Source: Mytilus edulis (lineage: Eukaryota). From it: DNA of 64,000 nt. Below, piece by piece: positions 49,818 to 64,000 of the stretch (positions within the stretch are counted from its first letter, which is position 1; the number at the start of each line of letters is the position of its first letter). The position numbers were made by a program, and so were the translations under genes. The notes under the pieces were generated by a model. That model saw only the letters and a list, made by a program, of their open reading frames with translations, did no database searches and was not told where the DNA came from. The stretch is from contig NC_092344.1 of assembly GCF_963676685.1 (NCBI RefSeq), positions 62,000,001-62,064,000 on the forward strand. The letters run 5' to 3'.

Positions 49818-52800
49818 TCAAGGTCTTTGATATGGATGTGTACTGGCTGCAGATTTGATGTTTGTTTTTATGGTACTTGGTGCTTTTCCAATGTTTTGTG
49901 CTGAAAAAAAGAAAAATATTCTAATTTTTCACACTATTATTTACAAATAAAAAATTATAAATAATCAAAAGAGAAATATATATGTCTTCTGTAAGGCTAT
50001 TGGAACAATGATTTTCAACTTTTTTTATTCAAATTTCGCTCATGAGTCTTTTCTCTGCAAAACATGAGTCTGGCATACATATTTTTAAGCCAGTTATCTA
50101 TGATGAGTTTAATTCCATAACACAGTGCTCTTATGAATATATTTGACTGTGAAATTGTCACCTGACTTTGCTTTGATTGCATGTAGTTTGATATATAAAT
50201 TGATTTCTGTTCATATAATGTTGACCTAGCTGGTTGTTTTTGGTCCTGATGATTTTAACACACAGAAATTTTGGGAAAATGGGACTAAGGGAGTAGTCAC
50301 TACAGTTATCATGATATTGAAACCTACATGATGGTCTTAAAAAAATTCATGATTTTGTTTTTCAAACTAAAATTATGTGTTTATGAGACACAGATGCCCT
50401 AGCTTGTAAATGTACAACAAATTCAACAATATTCCTTTTACAAGGGGACATAACTCAAGAACAGTAAGAGACACTACCATATTCAATCTTGACCATGGAT
50501 CTGCATCTAGTGAGTTTTATTCATATTCAAAAAGTGTTTTTAAGGTTGACATATCAAATCATTAAGTGATGTATATAATCTTACCCTGTTGTTTCTGTTG
50601 TTGCTGCTGCTGTTGTTGTTGTGCTGTCATACCAGGTCGAGAATCTTGTCGTTGTATTGATTTCAGTCCCTTACCAAACATCATGGCTGCCACCATTGAA
50701 CTGGTATCTGTTGATGAATAGGTCTGTGCCATCTGGGCTTTCTGATCTAAATAAAATCATTTTTTTCCATTTATAAAGGGGAATAACTCTAGAACAATAA
50801 AAGTGATGCCACTAAAATTCAAACATGATCTGAGTTTTGTGGTAATGAGCAATGTGTATAAGTTACATGTCATTTGTTTCAGGCTAACTAAAGATAGAGA
50901 ACGTATAGACATGATAGATGTACAGATGAACAAGGGTAAAATGTAGTTCCGGAAGGGGCACATAAATCTTACAATGTTTATTAAGTTTATGTTAACAAAT
51001 TTTATTGCAAGTGTTCAAATAATCTAATTGATGAATACACATCAGTTTTGAAATTATTGGTTCAAGTAAATCTAAAATTCAGTTTGTGTCTCAAAATTCG
51101 CCGATACAATTCAAAATGAACCTACCAGTTAAAAGAATAAAAAGGTAAGTTTTTAAATTCAATCTTCCAATTGAAAAAATTAAGTAGCCAAGAATAACAA
51201 AATCAAGATTTTAAGTTTCCACTGAGCTACGCAAATTATTCAAGACATGACTTTTTACTTAATGCTAAGGATAAAATATGAATATAGGTCTGCTACAATA
51301 GGTTTATTAAAACTCAATGTTCAAATCCTACTTGAAATGATTGTGTCTGAGAGACACTGTAATGATTTATTTCACAATGTAGGATAATGTTTTGTTGTTG
51401 GTCCTTTCACACTTAATAACACAAGTTTAAAAAAGACAACAGGAGACAAAATATTAAGTGAATGCAAATAATACAAAGGTGAATTTTTTAAATCTATAAT
51501 ACTAAAATTACGAGGTCCAATTTGTCAGCCGTCATCGGGTAAAAACGACAAATCAAAGAATTCAACTCTATATATAGCTAATATAGGACAATGGTGTAGA
51601 TTAAAAATTACACCACTCCAGACCCTTTTGTTTTCCACATAATTAATATTGCCAATAATCAACAAGTTCCGGGTCAAATCCGATACCGATACTAATAGTT
51701 TATTCACCTGTTACCTATAAACTTATCTGTACGTTCCGCATTTGACAGGCGCACCACCAAACGGTGTATTTAGGATTTTGATATATACACGGGTCATAAT
51801 CAAAGGGCTGACACTACTAAATTCAATCATTGTCAAATTGTTCCCTATTGTAGTTTTATTCAGCAATCAGCAATACTTTCTAAGATAACTAATATAGGAC
51901 AATGTTGTTGATTAAAAAATACTCCATTCCTGGATAGCCAGGACCTTCTGTTTTCCAAATAATTAATATTACCAATAATTGATAAGTTCCGGGTCGACGG
52001 GTTCAAACAAAGATTTGAAAGCAGAGAAAACTGTGTATCTTATAATCGACATAACTTTATCAGATGACAATATCAATTACTAAAACAAGGCGTAAATATA
52101 TATACTTTAATTCAGTCACGGACCCGCGATATCACGGGTGTGTACTTGTGTTCTTGATTTCTAATGCAAGGAAAATAACTTACTTGCTTCACTTTCTAGT
52201 TCTTCTTTGTTAGAGTTTATTATATCCAATAAATTACTTGTGATCTTGTTCATTGAATTGAGTTGTTTCTAAAAAAAAATAGAATATATATATATGTACA
52301 ATTTTGTATTGTAAATCTGTACAACTATGTAGTTAGACCATTACCTGCCTATCAATGCAATGTGCTGATTTGATGGGTGACCTGACATGCAAAACTTGAC
52401 CCCAAAAATTGTATTCAAAAATTGAAAGAGTGAAGAATTATATATACATGATATATGTAGCATTTATACTTCAAGAAGGTTAATCAAAAATTTGCAAAAT
52501 AGGTGTTGCCTTTGGATAAATGTGTGTAAAAAGTAGCAAAAATATGTATTTTTCAATTTAAATTATTATTTCCTGAAAATCTGCACTCAGAATTTGTTTT
52601 AAAATTATATATTATTTTTGTACAGAATTTGGGATATGGAAATATTGAGGGCTCATGAGAAATATTATGAAATTGTGGTGAGGATTTATATAAAAAAATA
52701 GATATGGCTTACTCTTCATGTAACTGCTTCCATCTTGTAAGAAGAATAAATTCCCTTTCAAATATTTATGTGATATTAAAGAATTATTGATATCTCATAT

Positions 52801-55800
52801 ATCTTATTGCCATACTTAGTTTAAACCTCAGAATTTTATTTTAAAGCTGTTTTTAAAGATTTTTTTTGCATCGACAGCACATCTGATTTTTTTAATTGCG
52901 TTGATCTTCAATTCTTATGAAGCTTACAGACTGTTCCATGATGATAAATGTTTGAGGGTAGAATGATTGTTTGTTGGTTATGTGTAGTTGTCTCCAAATT
53001 AAATTTTTCAAAAAAACAGGATGTTACATGTGTAGTAGTGGGCAATTTTAAAACTCATTCTTATTCTCACACATTAATTCTAACAGAATAAATATTAATG
53101 TGTCACCTTATGTTTTTTTTTGTAATCATTAATACATATTGTAAGGGTTATGTCATCAAAACATATGTGGGAGGTTAGGAAAGACTTTCAATATATATTA
53201 CTACAACCAAAAACCATTTTTAGATAACTTTGCAAAATGGTAATAGAGGCATACTAAAAACAGACCCATGACCAACATTCAATAATTTAACTTCCCTTCC
53301 TACTTATACCCTCCCACATCAATTTTGATGCAATATATATTCCTAATACAGATTGTGTACTTTTCTAAGAAAAGACTAAATGTTCTTACTTGTGCCATGT
53401 CTGCTTGCATTGCAGCTGATTTCTGAACAACAATATTAACTTTGTCCTCGACCTCTGGTTCTGGTTTGGTACGGAGGTAGTCTGGTACAACTTCATGGTT
53501 AAAACAAATTACTCTTCCTTCTGTTAGTTTCTACAGAGCAAATACAATGAATAAAAATTTATGCATGACTAGTTATATTTAGAGGTGCATATAATATTTA
53601 GATACATATACATGTACTTAAACAAATAAATGTCTGCAATCATTTTTAATACTTTTTTCTCCTTATCTTAAGGATGTTGGCTCCTCTTGTTTTTTAAGTT
53701 TTGTAAGATATTCGAAAATTTTGTATTAAAATCCTTATTATCTTTCCATACTTTTTGAAAGAAAAAAGTTGCCTATGTTAAACATGTTAAATGAATGAAA
53801 ATTCTTGAGAGAATCATTTCCCTCCAAATTTTCAACAGCATATCTTAGAAACAAGGACATGGACCCTTCATTTTTTTCTGCTATATTACATCTATTATTT
53901 ATAACAGTCTTTTATAAAGCTTGTTATTTAGAAGCAGAGAAGCAAACCTCTTAAATATTTTTATCGCCTATTTTCATGATTTTTCATTGAAACAAATGAG
54001 ATAAGCAAAAATCTGTCACAGATGACATAAACACACAGGTGCAAGCTGGTTTTTACTTCTTCTCTGAATTTGAAGATTTGCGAGTATTTTGATTTTTATA
54101 AACACCTTATATAATTATAAACATTAAAGTTACCATAATTGAAAAGTTTAACTTAAGTGAAAAGTCCCTTCCTGAAGTTTATTCATGTTTATTGAATATA
54201 CAATAAGTCATACTTAAATCATAGATCAAATTTATTCTTTCATTGTATGTTCACACATGTTAATATGTCGTGTTCAGCCATTTCAAATTTCAATTGATAT
54301 CTTATATTGTGTCTTTCTGTGTTGTGATGTTACACTATTGTTTCAGATAAGGGTGAAGGTTTGGTACCATGTAAACAATTAAACCCACTGAAATTGTTTG
54401 CACCTCATGAATCTGATGTTAAGTAGTTGTCGTTTGTTGATTTGGTTCATAACATAAGTGTTTCTCGTTTCATGTTTTTTATATAGATTAGACCGTTGGT
54501 TTTCCCATTTAAAAGGTTTCACACTAGAAATTTTTGGAGGCCTTGATAGCTTGTTGTTCAGTGCAAGCCAAGGCTCCGTGTTGAACACCTTAATTTTACC
54601 TATAATGGTTTACTTTTATAAATTGTGACTTGGATAGAGAGTTGTCTCATTGGCACACATACCACATCTTCTTATATCTATTAGATCATAAAATAATGTA
54701 TGATTTATCTTTTCAGTACCTCAAGTTCAGCATCTCTATCAGGTCTCAGTGCCAGCGGTAACAAGAGATGATTTCGAAGATGTGGTGATCTGTCATTTTT
54801 CAGGACTTTACCAAGACTATTTAGCTGACCAGATATCAGAGCAAAATTATCCAGCACAGATGGCCTGAAAACAAGAAGGGATATTTTAAGACATTAACTA
54901 CATGAACATGCTCTCTGATTAAAAGAAAGAACATATCGAATTTTTAATCATTATCATGATAAAAGGTTTAAGCAGATAGTAGCTTTTAAGGTAAGAATTT
55001 ATACTTCAATAAAAAAAAAATGACATATAGCTATCATGGCTATAGTCAAGTACAATTCATTATTTACAAGTAACTTCTATAATAATTTTAGCTCATTTAC
55101 AATGTCTAATATATCAAAGTTTGTTATTTTTTGTACATGTTTTTTTAATTTTATTCTGCCACATCATGTTTACATTTGCCAGATGGTAAACATGGTAATT
55201 GTACAAAACAGTTTTGAAATTTTAATAAAATATTTGTCAAAGAAAATGCATCTTATTTTGAGATTCCCTGGTCTTGTGATCTTTTTGTGCTTGATTCTTA
55301 TTGTCTGTTCTTTCATCTGTTCATTGAACTATCCAGCTCCTTTGCAATTTCTGAGTTGTGTTAAGAATTGTATTATGCATAACTCAGTGTTTATATCAGT
55401 ATGATCATGTGTCCACACTTTGTCTGTTGTCTAAAGGAGCATATTAACCATTAAAACATAATGTCCTACCAATTCAATGTTTGATATTCATTTTCAAGCT
55501 TAAAGAGAAACGATGCAATGGAATTTTTGATATCCTGAACTCTGTGGATCAAGGCATCTACAGTGGCTTCTAATTGCTTTTCTTCTTTCTGGAAAAAATC
55601 AAATGAAATATGTACATTGTAGTTGTAGTCATGGTAGTAAATTTGTAAAGCTAGTAAAACCGGTCTTTTCAGAATAAACATATTCAGCCATTTTCTGGTC
55701 TTAGCCTAACACTAATTTTAATTTCACAAAATGTATGTACTCTTATGATAATTTAACCCTTTCATGTATCCTTTTTACATCCTTGTGGGCATGCTGAATG

Positions 55801-56320
55801 TATCCATTTGGCACATCAGTGTAGATGCCGAATTCGAAAGCATCCTTTTAAGGATACAATGTACATAAATTTTCTATTTTTAGACTATCACAATCAAGAG
55901 GGTGACATAGAATTATTAAACTGTCAAAATTATTTTCAATAAGTGTAAAAGTTTAACAGCCAAGGTGAAAAAAATGAAGACCACAACAAACAAGGCAGAC
56001 AAGATTGACAAAGTCAACTTTCTAGTTAATTTACCAATGAAAGCATTATAAAATTATAATATATAAATATAATATGATGGAAACTGAAAGAAGACCATGA
56101 GAAAGATACTAATAGTATTTTTGCTGTCAAACACATGCACTTTGTATACATGATAAAATGAACAGCATAAACATAATAAACGTGAAGTTTTCTTTTAAAA
56201 CTTTTTTTTTAACTCCAAAAATCCTTCAGGGATAACTATGCACCTCTTCCAACAGGTGCATGCCTTCTTTATAACTGTTTCCTCAAAACACACTCTATAA
56301 AATTAGTTTTTAACCTGCAT
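49818..56320 (-). CDS. MED8: Mediator of RNA polymerase II transcription subunit 8, ~246 aa; exons 56320-56315, 55588-55470, 54864-54720, 53530-53390, 52268-52184, 50746-50585, 49900-49818
   Basis: Spliced product [84 protein letters not shown] matches metazoan MED8. All introns are GT-AG and in phase. Confidence 0.95.
51493..52148 (+). mobile_element. Non-autonomous Helitron in MED8 intron 5
   Basis: A|TCTATAATACTAAA 5' end. 3' hairpin ACCCGCGATATCACGGGT (52122-52139), then CTTG|T (near-CTRR end, A-T target). Internal duplicated block CTAATATAGGACAATG. Confidence 0.7.
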
Positions 56321-56339
56321 TTTTGTTTTTCTTTATAAT

Positions 56340-56810
56340 AGTTTCTTGATTTTTAAACCGGAAATACAATACCGAATTCACGCATGCGCAATCGGAAGAA
56401 TTTACCAAATCGCATATCAGCCATTATTTTGAAGGATCTGAAAAGACAGAATTTTATTATATAAAATTTATATCAAGAATATTCAAGGCTGAAAGGTAAC
56501 TGTTTTGAAACCCATACACTTCCAGGTTCTACATGAAGCTACTTTGAACCAATCCGCGCACCTTGTTTCATTGAATAATTCTTTGTTCTCATTGGTGGGT
56601 AGGTCAGTGTTGATTGGGTGTCGATTCCCGACCAATTTATTGGTCCACTCTTCGACCCAATCTCCAATGATAATTTACAAACATTTCCCTGTATCAAAGA
56701 AGTAGCAATTTATAAATGAAATAAAATGTTTCTCCAAATAAACTCTCTGTGATCGACAGTCATGTGTTGACAAATATCCCCTCACGGACAGAACAAAAAT
56801 GGCTTCCTTG
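56340..56810. promoter_or_regulatory. Bidirectional MED8/NF-YC promoter region
   Basis: Lies between head-to-head genes. ETS-like ACCGGAAAT (56357) and CGGAAG (56393), NRF1-like CGCATGCGCA (56381-56390), seven CCAAT/ATTGG in 56549-56668, YY1-like AAAATGGC near 56796. Confidence 0.65.
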
Positions 56811-58987
56811 AATTGCTTTCTATTTTTAGAATGTTACTACAAAAACAAATTCTGAAAATGAATTTCCCATAATTTTATCAACCTTTGGTGTTGTCTCAGT
56901 TAATATTGGAACTATGCAGAATGAGACTGATCAAAGTAAGACATTGATATACATGTATTTATATTTAATATTATTCTCATTTTTGTACAAGAACTACCCC
57001 CTTTCCCTCTTTTTCATGCATATATTTGTGAAATATAGAAAAAAAATGCTTTGATATGAATAAATGTCACTCAATTTAGGCTAGACACTTCAGCGGTGGA
57101 TCCAGAATTTTTCATAAGGGGTTGGGGCCACTGACTGCCTCAGATGGCCGCTCAAGTCATGCCTCATACAGTGTTTCCCTGTAGAATCAACCAATTTACC
57201 ACAAAAAGGGGGGAGTCCACCCCTCCCACCACCACCACCAAATCTGCATCTAGACTTGGGTATTAAAATGTATTTTATACAAGATTGTTTAAAATGCAAA
57301 AATAATTCTTCATTCATTTTATGTTTGGAAATTTAAAAAAAGATATAATTTACCATTTTACCCTTTATACCTTTACATGTAGCTTTATCCTGTAGTCCTT
57401 AAATAGGCTAATGGTGTCTACTGACTCCTCATCTTGGAATGTCTTTCTCATCTCATAATAATTGCATAATAATATATTTATATATATTATATTTATTTTA
57501 AAAAAAAACTTATTTAGGGAATATGAAAAAGAAATTTGAGTTGTCTCCCTGTTTTTCCTCTAAAATTAAAATTAACACTTTAAATTTAAATCTTTGCATT
57601 TAAGTTTTAAATGGTAACAAATATTTTATAAAATCATAATTTACAATTTTCATGTCATATTGCTTTCATGTTTGACATAGGCATACCTCAAAATTTGAAG
57701 TAAGTAACATCAATAAAATTTTATAAATACCTTTGAATAAAAGTATAAAAAAAAGTGATAAAGTGTGTGTTGAAAATGTTTGCCTCAACATATATTTGAA
57801 ACTACTTCTTTTTGGGCAAATAGACTACTATCCAGTAGTTCTTGAATAAAAGTGAATATGCAGTGTGTGAAAAATTACAGATGATGGTCTCAAACTGGTA
57901 GACTGACAAGACTGTTTATTTACTCTTGAGTATGTAAATTTTTGACCTGTAACCAAATCTGTGGTAGGACCTTCTGGTACTGGATCAAGTAAGAGCTAAG
58001 AGAAAAATCATGTTGACAATCACATGAATCTGTGCAAATTGTGAATTCTAATATGATGTTTAATTGTAATTGCAATAAAACTGTGATTGACATCATAATT
58101 GAAATTGCAATGTCAGTTGTACTTTGAACCATGCTCTAGATCTAAATGAACATTTGTGTTGCTTTTGCTTGCTAGGAAATTAAATAAAATCATTTTAAAA
58201 GTAATTTTATCCATATATGATATCATATGCCCGTTAATGGGATGTATTATTAAAAACCGTTAATTGTCCGTCCATCAATTGTCATGTTGGACATTAACTT
58301 AAAAATGTTTAAACCAATTTGCATGAAACTTTGTCAGGTGAATTGTTTATACATGTATCTGTTTGATTTATTTATAAATTTTAGATTTTACATTTCTGAG
58401 TTTTATTCATTATAAAAGGGGGGATTTTTTCAACAATAACTCAAAAACACTTTCACTAATTTGCACGAAACTTTGGCAATGTTTATTTACAATGACATTT
58501 ATAAATATATATAAGCTCCTTTTCAATTTTTATAAATTTTTTATTTTACATTTCTGAGTTATGGGATTTAATTCACAAAAAGGGGGGATTTTCAAGTTTT
58601 CGAACACTATACCTACAATATGTAAAGTGCTTTGGGCAGTTTTCTATAAACTTTAGTGACTGATTTACATGTATATCTATTAAGATAACCTTCCTTTAGT
58701 TATTATACATTTCTGATACATGTATGGTATTGAGAAGTTATTGAACTTTATTCTTTGAAAATGCCACTGGTGTATCATGCCTCATGGGGCGCAGCTGTTT
58801 ATTTTTTTATTGTTAAATATAAACATGTTGAATTGTTGGTTTTCTATAATGTTTTGGTAAATCACATCAAAATGGCTACCTTTCGAATATACATGTATAA
58901 ATAATAGGTCCAAATTGAAGTACAAAAGTTATAAATTTGCCTATCAGAACATGCTCTATATGCTGATTTTAACTTGAGTAGGTATTA

Positions 58988-59448
58988 TTTTTATGCCCCA
59001 CCTACGATAGAAGGGGCATTAGGTTTTCTGGTCTGTGCCTCCGTCGGTCGTCCTTCCGTCTGTGCGTCCGTTCGCTTCAGGTTAAAGTTTTGGTCAAGGT
59101 AGTTTTTGAAGAAGTTGAAGTCCAATCAACTTGAAACTTAGCACACATGTTCCCTATGATATGATCTTTCTAATTTTAATGCTAAATTATAGTTTTAACC
59201 CCAATTTCGTGGTCCACTGTCAGAACATAGAAAATGATAGTGCGAAGTTCAGGTTAAAGTTTTTGGTCAAGGTAGTTTTTGATGAAGTTAAAGTTACATC
59301 AACTTGAAACTTAGTACACATGTTCCCTATGATATGATTTTTCTAATTTTAATTCCAAATTAAAGGTTTAACCCCAATTTTCACGGTCCACTGAACATAG
59401 AAAATGATAGTGCGAGTGGGGCATCCGTGTACTATGGACACATTCTTT
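58988..59448 (+). mobile_element. HINE-like repeat with two internal core units
   Basis: TTTTTATGCCCCACCTACGATAG head, CGTC microsatellite, duplicated CAGGTTAAAG..GAAAATGATAGTGCG core, GTGTACTATGGACAC tail hairpin. Confidence 0.7.
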
Positions 59449-60583
59449 TTGTCTATAATTTAATCTAATTAACACTCAGTATAAAGATATTGACAAAAAT
59501 AATACCTACATATATACATGTACACACATGTTAAAATAAGCATTGAGCATGGCATGAACAAATTGTATCTTAAAAGATTAGCTAATTTATGTTAATATAG
59601 ATACAACAAAATAATAGAAAGGCATTCAAATTTCTCCAAAAATGTCCCAAACTGTAAGCTCATTTTACTTCTTTTAGTGCTCTTACTGGAGTTTGTGGCT
59701 GTCGTATATTAACGTAATGCCAGAATATCCTACATGTACCACAGAGCAGAGGTTTTTCCCCATTATCCTCTATAGCTAGTCCCCATTCTAAGTCATACCC
59801 TCATATCTCCTATTTTTACCAATTTTGAACAATTGCTATTCCATTTAAGGTACTGCTCTTTGTTAAATTCGATTTCTGGAAAAGTATTTTGTGTTAATCA
59901 GGACTTTTCCATTATAGATTAGTTTCCTGAACTTGAAACAGGATATATGTTCTTGTAATGTTAAACACTTCCTATTAACGCAGTTGTTTATCACGTTCAT
60001 ACATCAAATTAGTACAACATTTATACATGTATATAGAAATACTGTCAAAAGGTACATTTGACCCAGGGATTATCTACATGCAATAAGGAAAAAGATTTTT
60101 CTGGTACAGTGTGCCTGGAACATAAATTAATTTTACTCATGCTTGTACATGCTGTATATGGAAAGTTAAAATCAATATGTAGTTTATTTTGAAAACTATT
60201 ATAAACAACTGCTTCACCATGTTTAATGCATATATACAATGCATCAAGTAAAAATCAATGATTTTGATGATATTCTTTATATTTAATTTTTTCTACAGGC
60301 TGACACGGCAACTGGTCTACATTTTTGGGGGTTACTCTATTTTTAATTGCATGACCTTTGATCTTATATTTAATCGGATTTTTTCCCTTGACATTGAACC
60401 ATTTATCATTGCACTTTTAGATTTGTTAATTATTAGTATAACATGTTTTTAGAACACAAACAAGGAAATGTCAAATAAAATCTATAGTGATATGATATTA
60501 TTATATAATAGTAATTAGAGGGAAATTTAAAATAGAACGATTATTTCACATTTGAAAAATTATTTCTTCAGAGAGTTTCCAAG

Positions 60584-63570
60584 ATGGAGTACCCAACATC
60601 AGGACAGTCACCTAATGCTGCATCAATAAGTGGTGAAGCTGCAGCCATGCTGAACACATTCTGGCCTGATGCAATGAAAGATATCAGAGACCTAAAAAAT
60701 GTAGGTAGATTTGTATTTAACAAACAAACTTATTAATTAGTTTTAATGTTAACAATTAAGCGACATTTTGCATTTGCGCTGATCTGCATTTCATTTGCGC
60801 TGATTTTTTTCTTTCATTTGCGCCGATTTTTTCTTTCATTTGCGCCGATTTTTCTTTTCAATTGCGCCGATTTTTTCCAGGTAAATTACAGGTGAATGCT
60901 TTTTTTCATGTATCATCATAAACATCTTCCATTAGCAATTTTACATATGTTATGAATTGTCAGTCAATTCGAATAGCCATTTACCAATGTCACTCAATAA
61001 AAAAGAAGATGTGGTATGATTGCCAATGGGACAACTCTCCACAAGAGACCAAAATCCTATCCCCCCTCATATTTGACAGGAAGTACAAATTATAGTAACA
61101 TGATTCAGATGAAGCACATGTATTAAAAGGTTTTAATAACACTTTGCAAAATTTTGCTATTCAAGTAAGTGTAAATAAATCTGAAGTATTCATCAATTCT
61201 ATAAATTTTAAAACATTTGGGTTATTACATATATTTAAAGGTAAAAAATTTAGCTCTTACATTGTTGAAAAAGGTACATTTGAATAAGTAATGAAACTCA
61301 TCACCAAGTTCATTAGCATTACAAAGATTACAATGTCTTTCAGTTCTTTAAAACATAAAGTATTGCAATATTTTGCAGAGTTGTCTTCCATTGTACAGTA
61401 AAAATGTTTGATTTATTTTTGTAGGATGATTTCAAACAACAGATACTTCCTCTGGCAAGGATAAAAAAGATCATGAAACTAGATGAAGATGTAAAGGTAG
61501 GTTTTATTTTGAACATTTATGTCAGGGGCAGCTCAACCTGAGACACCCAGTAAAAATTGTAATGCATAGTTACAATTACAGAGGAACAAATATACATGAT
61601 ATAAGACACATTAAAAATAGCATTTTTTTTTAACAATTTCAAAAATTGATACCAATGAAAAAATATATATATTAAAATTAATATCATGCTCATGTGAGAT
61701 TTAGACTGTTATGCTGGTGTGACTTCAAGTTAAGAGCATCAGTATTTTGTATGGTCTTAGTTTTAATTGATCTACCGGTAAGTGCATGTGTTATTTTATA
61801 GGCGTCTGACATTAGAGGTTTATTAGTTAGGATCACTTAACATTGCTCAAACTTTATCTAAGTAATTGTTAGGTACTTATAAATTGTGATAACCTTGTGT
61901 GAAATATTTTGCTCATTCAAGTCTTATGTAAAAATAAAATTGCAATCTCCATAGATGATCAGTGCAGAAGCTCCAGTATTATTTGCCAAAGCTGCAGAAA
62001 TATTTATCAGTGAGTTATCACTTAGAGCCTGGATACACACTGAGGACAACAAAAGGAGAACATTGCAGGTATGATCTTAAAAAAGGTTACTGATTAAAGG
62101 TATAAGTGGACCAGACATCAATCCAACAGTAAATTTCATAATGAAAAAAAGGTCTAGGGTTTAAATCAATGATACTGCAGTCTTACAACACGTACATGTA
62201 AGAAACAGTTAACAGTAAAAAGTTAATACATCATATTATCAATCATGGAAGTTTTTTTGGTTTCAATTAATGTAAATCTGTTCATGTACAATTGAAAAGA
62301 AGAATTATTTACACTGTTGATTTTATGAAACTTAAAATGAGAAAAAAATTGTGTACTTATAGGTGTTTTTTTTTTATTCCTTCTGTTTTGATAGAAGTGG
62401 ATCATTCTTTTCTCCTCAAAGTCAAAGAGACATACAAGAACCTGCCTGCAATGAAAGTTATTGCTGTAGTCTTTAAAAAGGTACCAGTAAGCTAGTACAG
62501 AAGTACTTCTGTCTGACATTCTGGACAGTCCTTGAAAAACAATGTCTAAAGGTCAAGAAACTCAGTCTTTAGAGATTTTATTAACACCTTATTATTATTT
62601 AGTAGAGTTATTCAAAGATTTATCTTAATATTGACTATGTCAGACTATTTATATAAATTATTTGTTTGTTTTTCTTAGAGAAATGATATTGCAATGGCTA
62701 TTTCAAAGTTTGACCAGTTTGATTTCCTAATAGATATAGTACCTAGAGATGAACTTAAACCTACCAAACGAACTGTAAGTGGTTTGATATAGTGATTCAA
62801 AGATCTTTAACTGATTAAGCAGAAAAGTTAGTTTTTATAGATAAAAGATAAAAATATAGAAACCTGTTTTATTAAATAAGGAGTTATCCAAAAAAATGGT
62901 TTTATTAATACTGTTAAGTTTTTGCCATGATTTAATTATTGCAAAATTTGCGGTTTGATGGGATTCCCCCAAAACAATGTATTTTGTTTTTTATAGATCA
63001 TTTGTTTGCAGATTTTCTGTAATTCTTGAACATTTAAATTGATAATATATATGTAAGCTTAGCTGTTTTTGAGATGTGAAAATGTTTTAATTTGGAAAAT
63101 AATGTGTATTGAAATCAATGAAATGATATTAATAGACAGTAACGAGGGCCCTCATGGGGTTTTTGATTATGTGATTACTTGGCCGTTTTTTTAATGATTA
63201 TTTGATTATTAAGCCAAATATTTCATGATTATTTGATTACCTAGGACTGTATTTTTAGTTTATGATAATTTGATTACTAAAGATAAGCAAATATTTAATG
63301 ATTATGTGATTATATTGGCAAAAAAATGGTGATTATGTGATTACTAGGACCCCCCCATGAGGGGCCTCAGTAACCCAGCATGATTTTATTTCTAGGAAGA
63401 CACATCAAGAACTAACAACATGTTGCCAGAACAAATACAGTATTATCTACAGCTAGCTCAACAACAGGCACAACAAGCACAACAACAGCAACAACAGCAA
63501 CAACAAACAACACAACCCACACAGCAAGTCACCACACAGGTGTCACAGCCAACACAAATACAACTGCCAG
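60584..63570 (+). CDS. NFYC: Nuclear transcription factor Y subunit gamma, 3' part outside the window; exons 60584-60700, 61425-61496, 61955-62068, 62679-62774, 63396-63570
   Basis: Histone fold [83 protein letters not shown], followed by a Gln-rich region. Confidence 0.96.
60768..60875 (+). repeat. Short minisatellite (TTTCATTTGCGCCGATTTTT-like units)
   Basis: About 5 tandem imperfect copies in an NF-YC intron. Confidence 0.7.
63144..63368. mobile_element. 225-bp MITE with 16-bp TIR and 6-bp TSD
   Basis: AGTAAC|GAGGGCCCTCATGGGG ... CCCCATGAGGGGCCTC|AGTAAC, with internal GATTAT(G/T)TGATTAC repeats. Confidence 0.85.
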
Positions 63571-64000
63571 GTACTTATAAAACTGAAAACTCTAACAAAT
63601 GTAGTAACTTTCTTTCCTTTTATGAGCCTCTTAAATTAGGAACTCCATTATTGGGTAAAAGAAACATTATAACAGGTTAATAAACTAAAACAGAAAGAAG
63701 TTTTAAAAGTAGATGTTCTACGAAAGTAACTATGTAGTTTTGTTACAAGTGTAAGAAATAAAAATTCAAAGAAAATTTGAAGTAAACCACAATTGTGCAC
63801 ATTAAGTACAAGAAGAGGATTAAGGTGGTACCCAATACTTAAACTAAAATTAATTTGGGTTGTTTAATTTTCTTAAAATTTTGTCAAAGTATTTACTTTG
63901 ACCCTTTTACAAAAATATAAAAAATTCAAAAAATTTGAACCAACCATTTTATCAGAAAAATTACACTGGTTATATAGCAGTTTGTCAAACACTTATTTTG

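Noticed and set aside
53668-54218. Possible TTAA-flanked MITE in MED8 intron 3
   Set aside because: The terminal inverted match is too short and degenerate to call.

Overview
AT-rich, intron-containing eukaryotic DNA. The repeat families and IAP expansion suggest a bivalve, probably Mytilus; this is inference. The window holds: (1) a cluster of three BIR-UBA-like-RING inhibitor-of-apoptosis (IAP) genes, one 5'-incomplete on + (2596-4586) and a tail-to-tail inverted pair (10819-15276 +, 41147-44413 -) with patchy identity suggesting gene conversion; (2) a full-length 9.7-kb ISL2EU-type (PIF/Harbinger-related) DNA transposon at 15978-25716, with 16-bp TIRs, an AT TSD, a THAP-DDE transposase and a convergent spliced SAP-SWIM-YqaJ-PHD gene; (3) a decayed Academ transposon plus several MITEs and Helitron/Helentron-type elements; (4) MED8 (-) and NF-YC (+) head-to-head around a promoter region dense in CCAAT boxes. 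The most notable non-coding signal is two ~350-366-bp tandem arrays whose units each carry a type I hammerhead ribozyme motif (retrozyme-like, predicted to give circular RNAs). Each array lies sense to, and 1-2 kb upstream of, one of the inverted IAP paralogs, and decayed hammerhead copies sit sense inside IAP introns. All exon structures were derived by eye from GT-AG sites and frame continuity.
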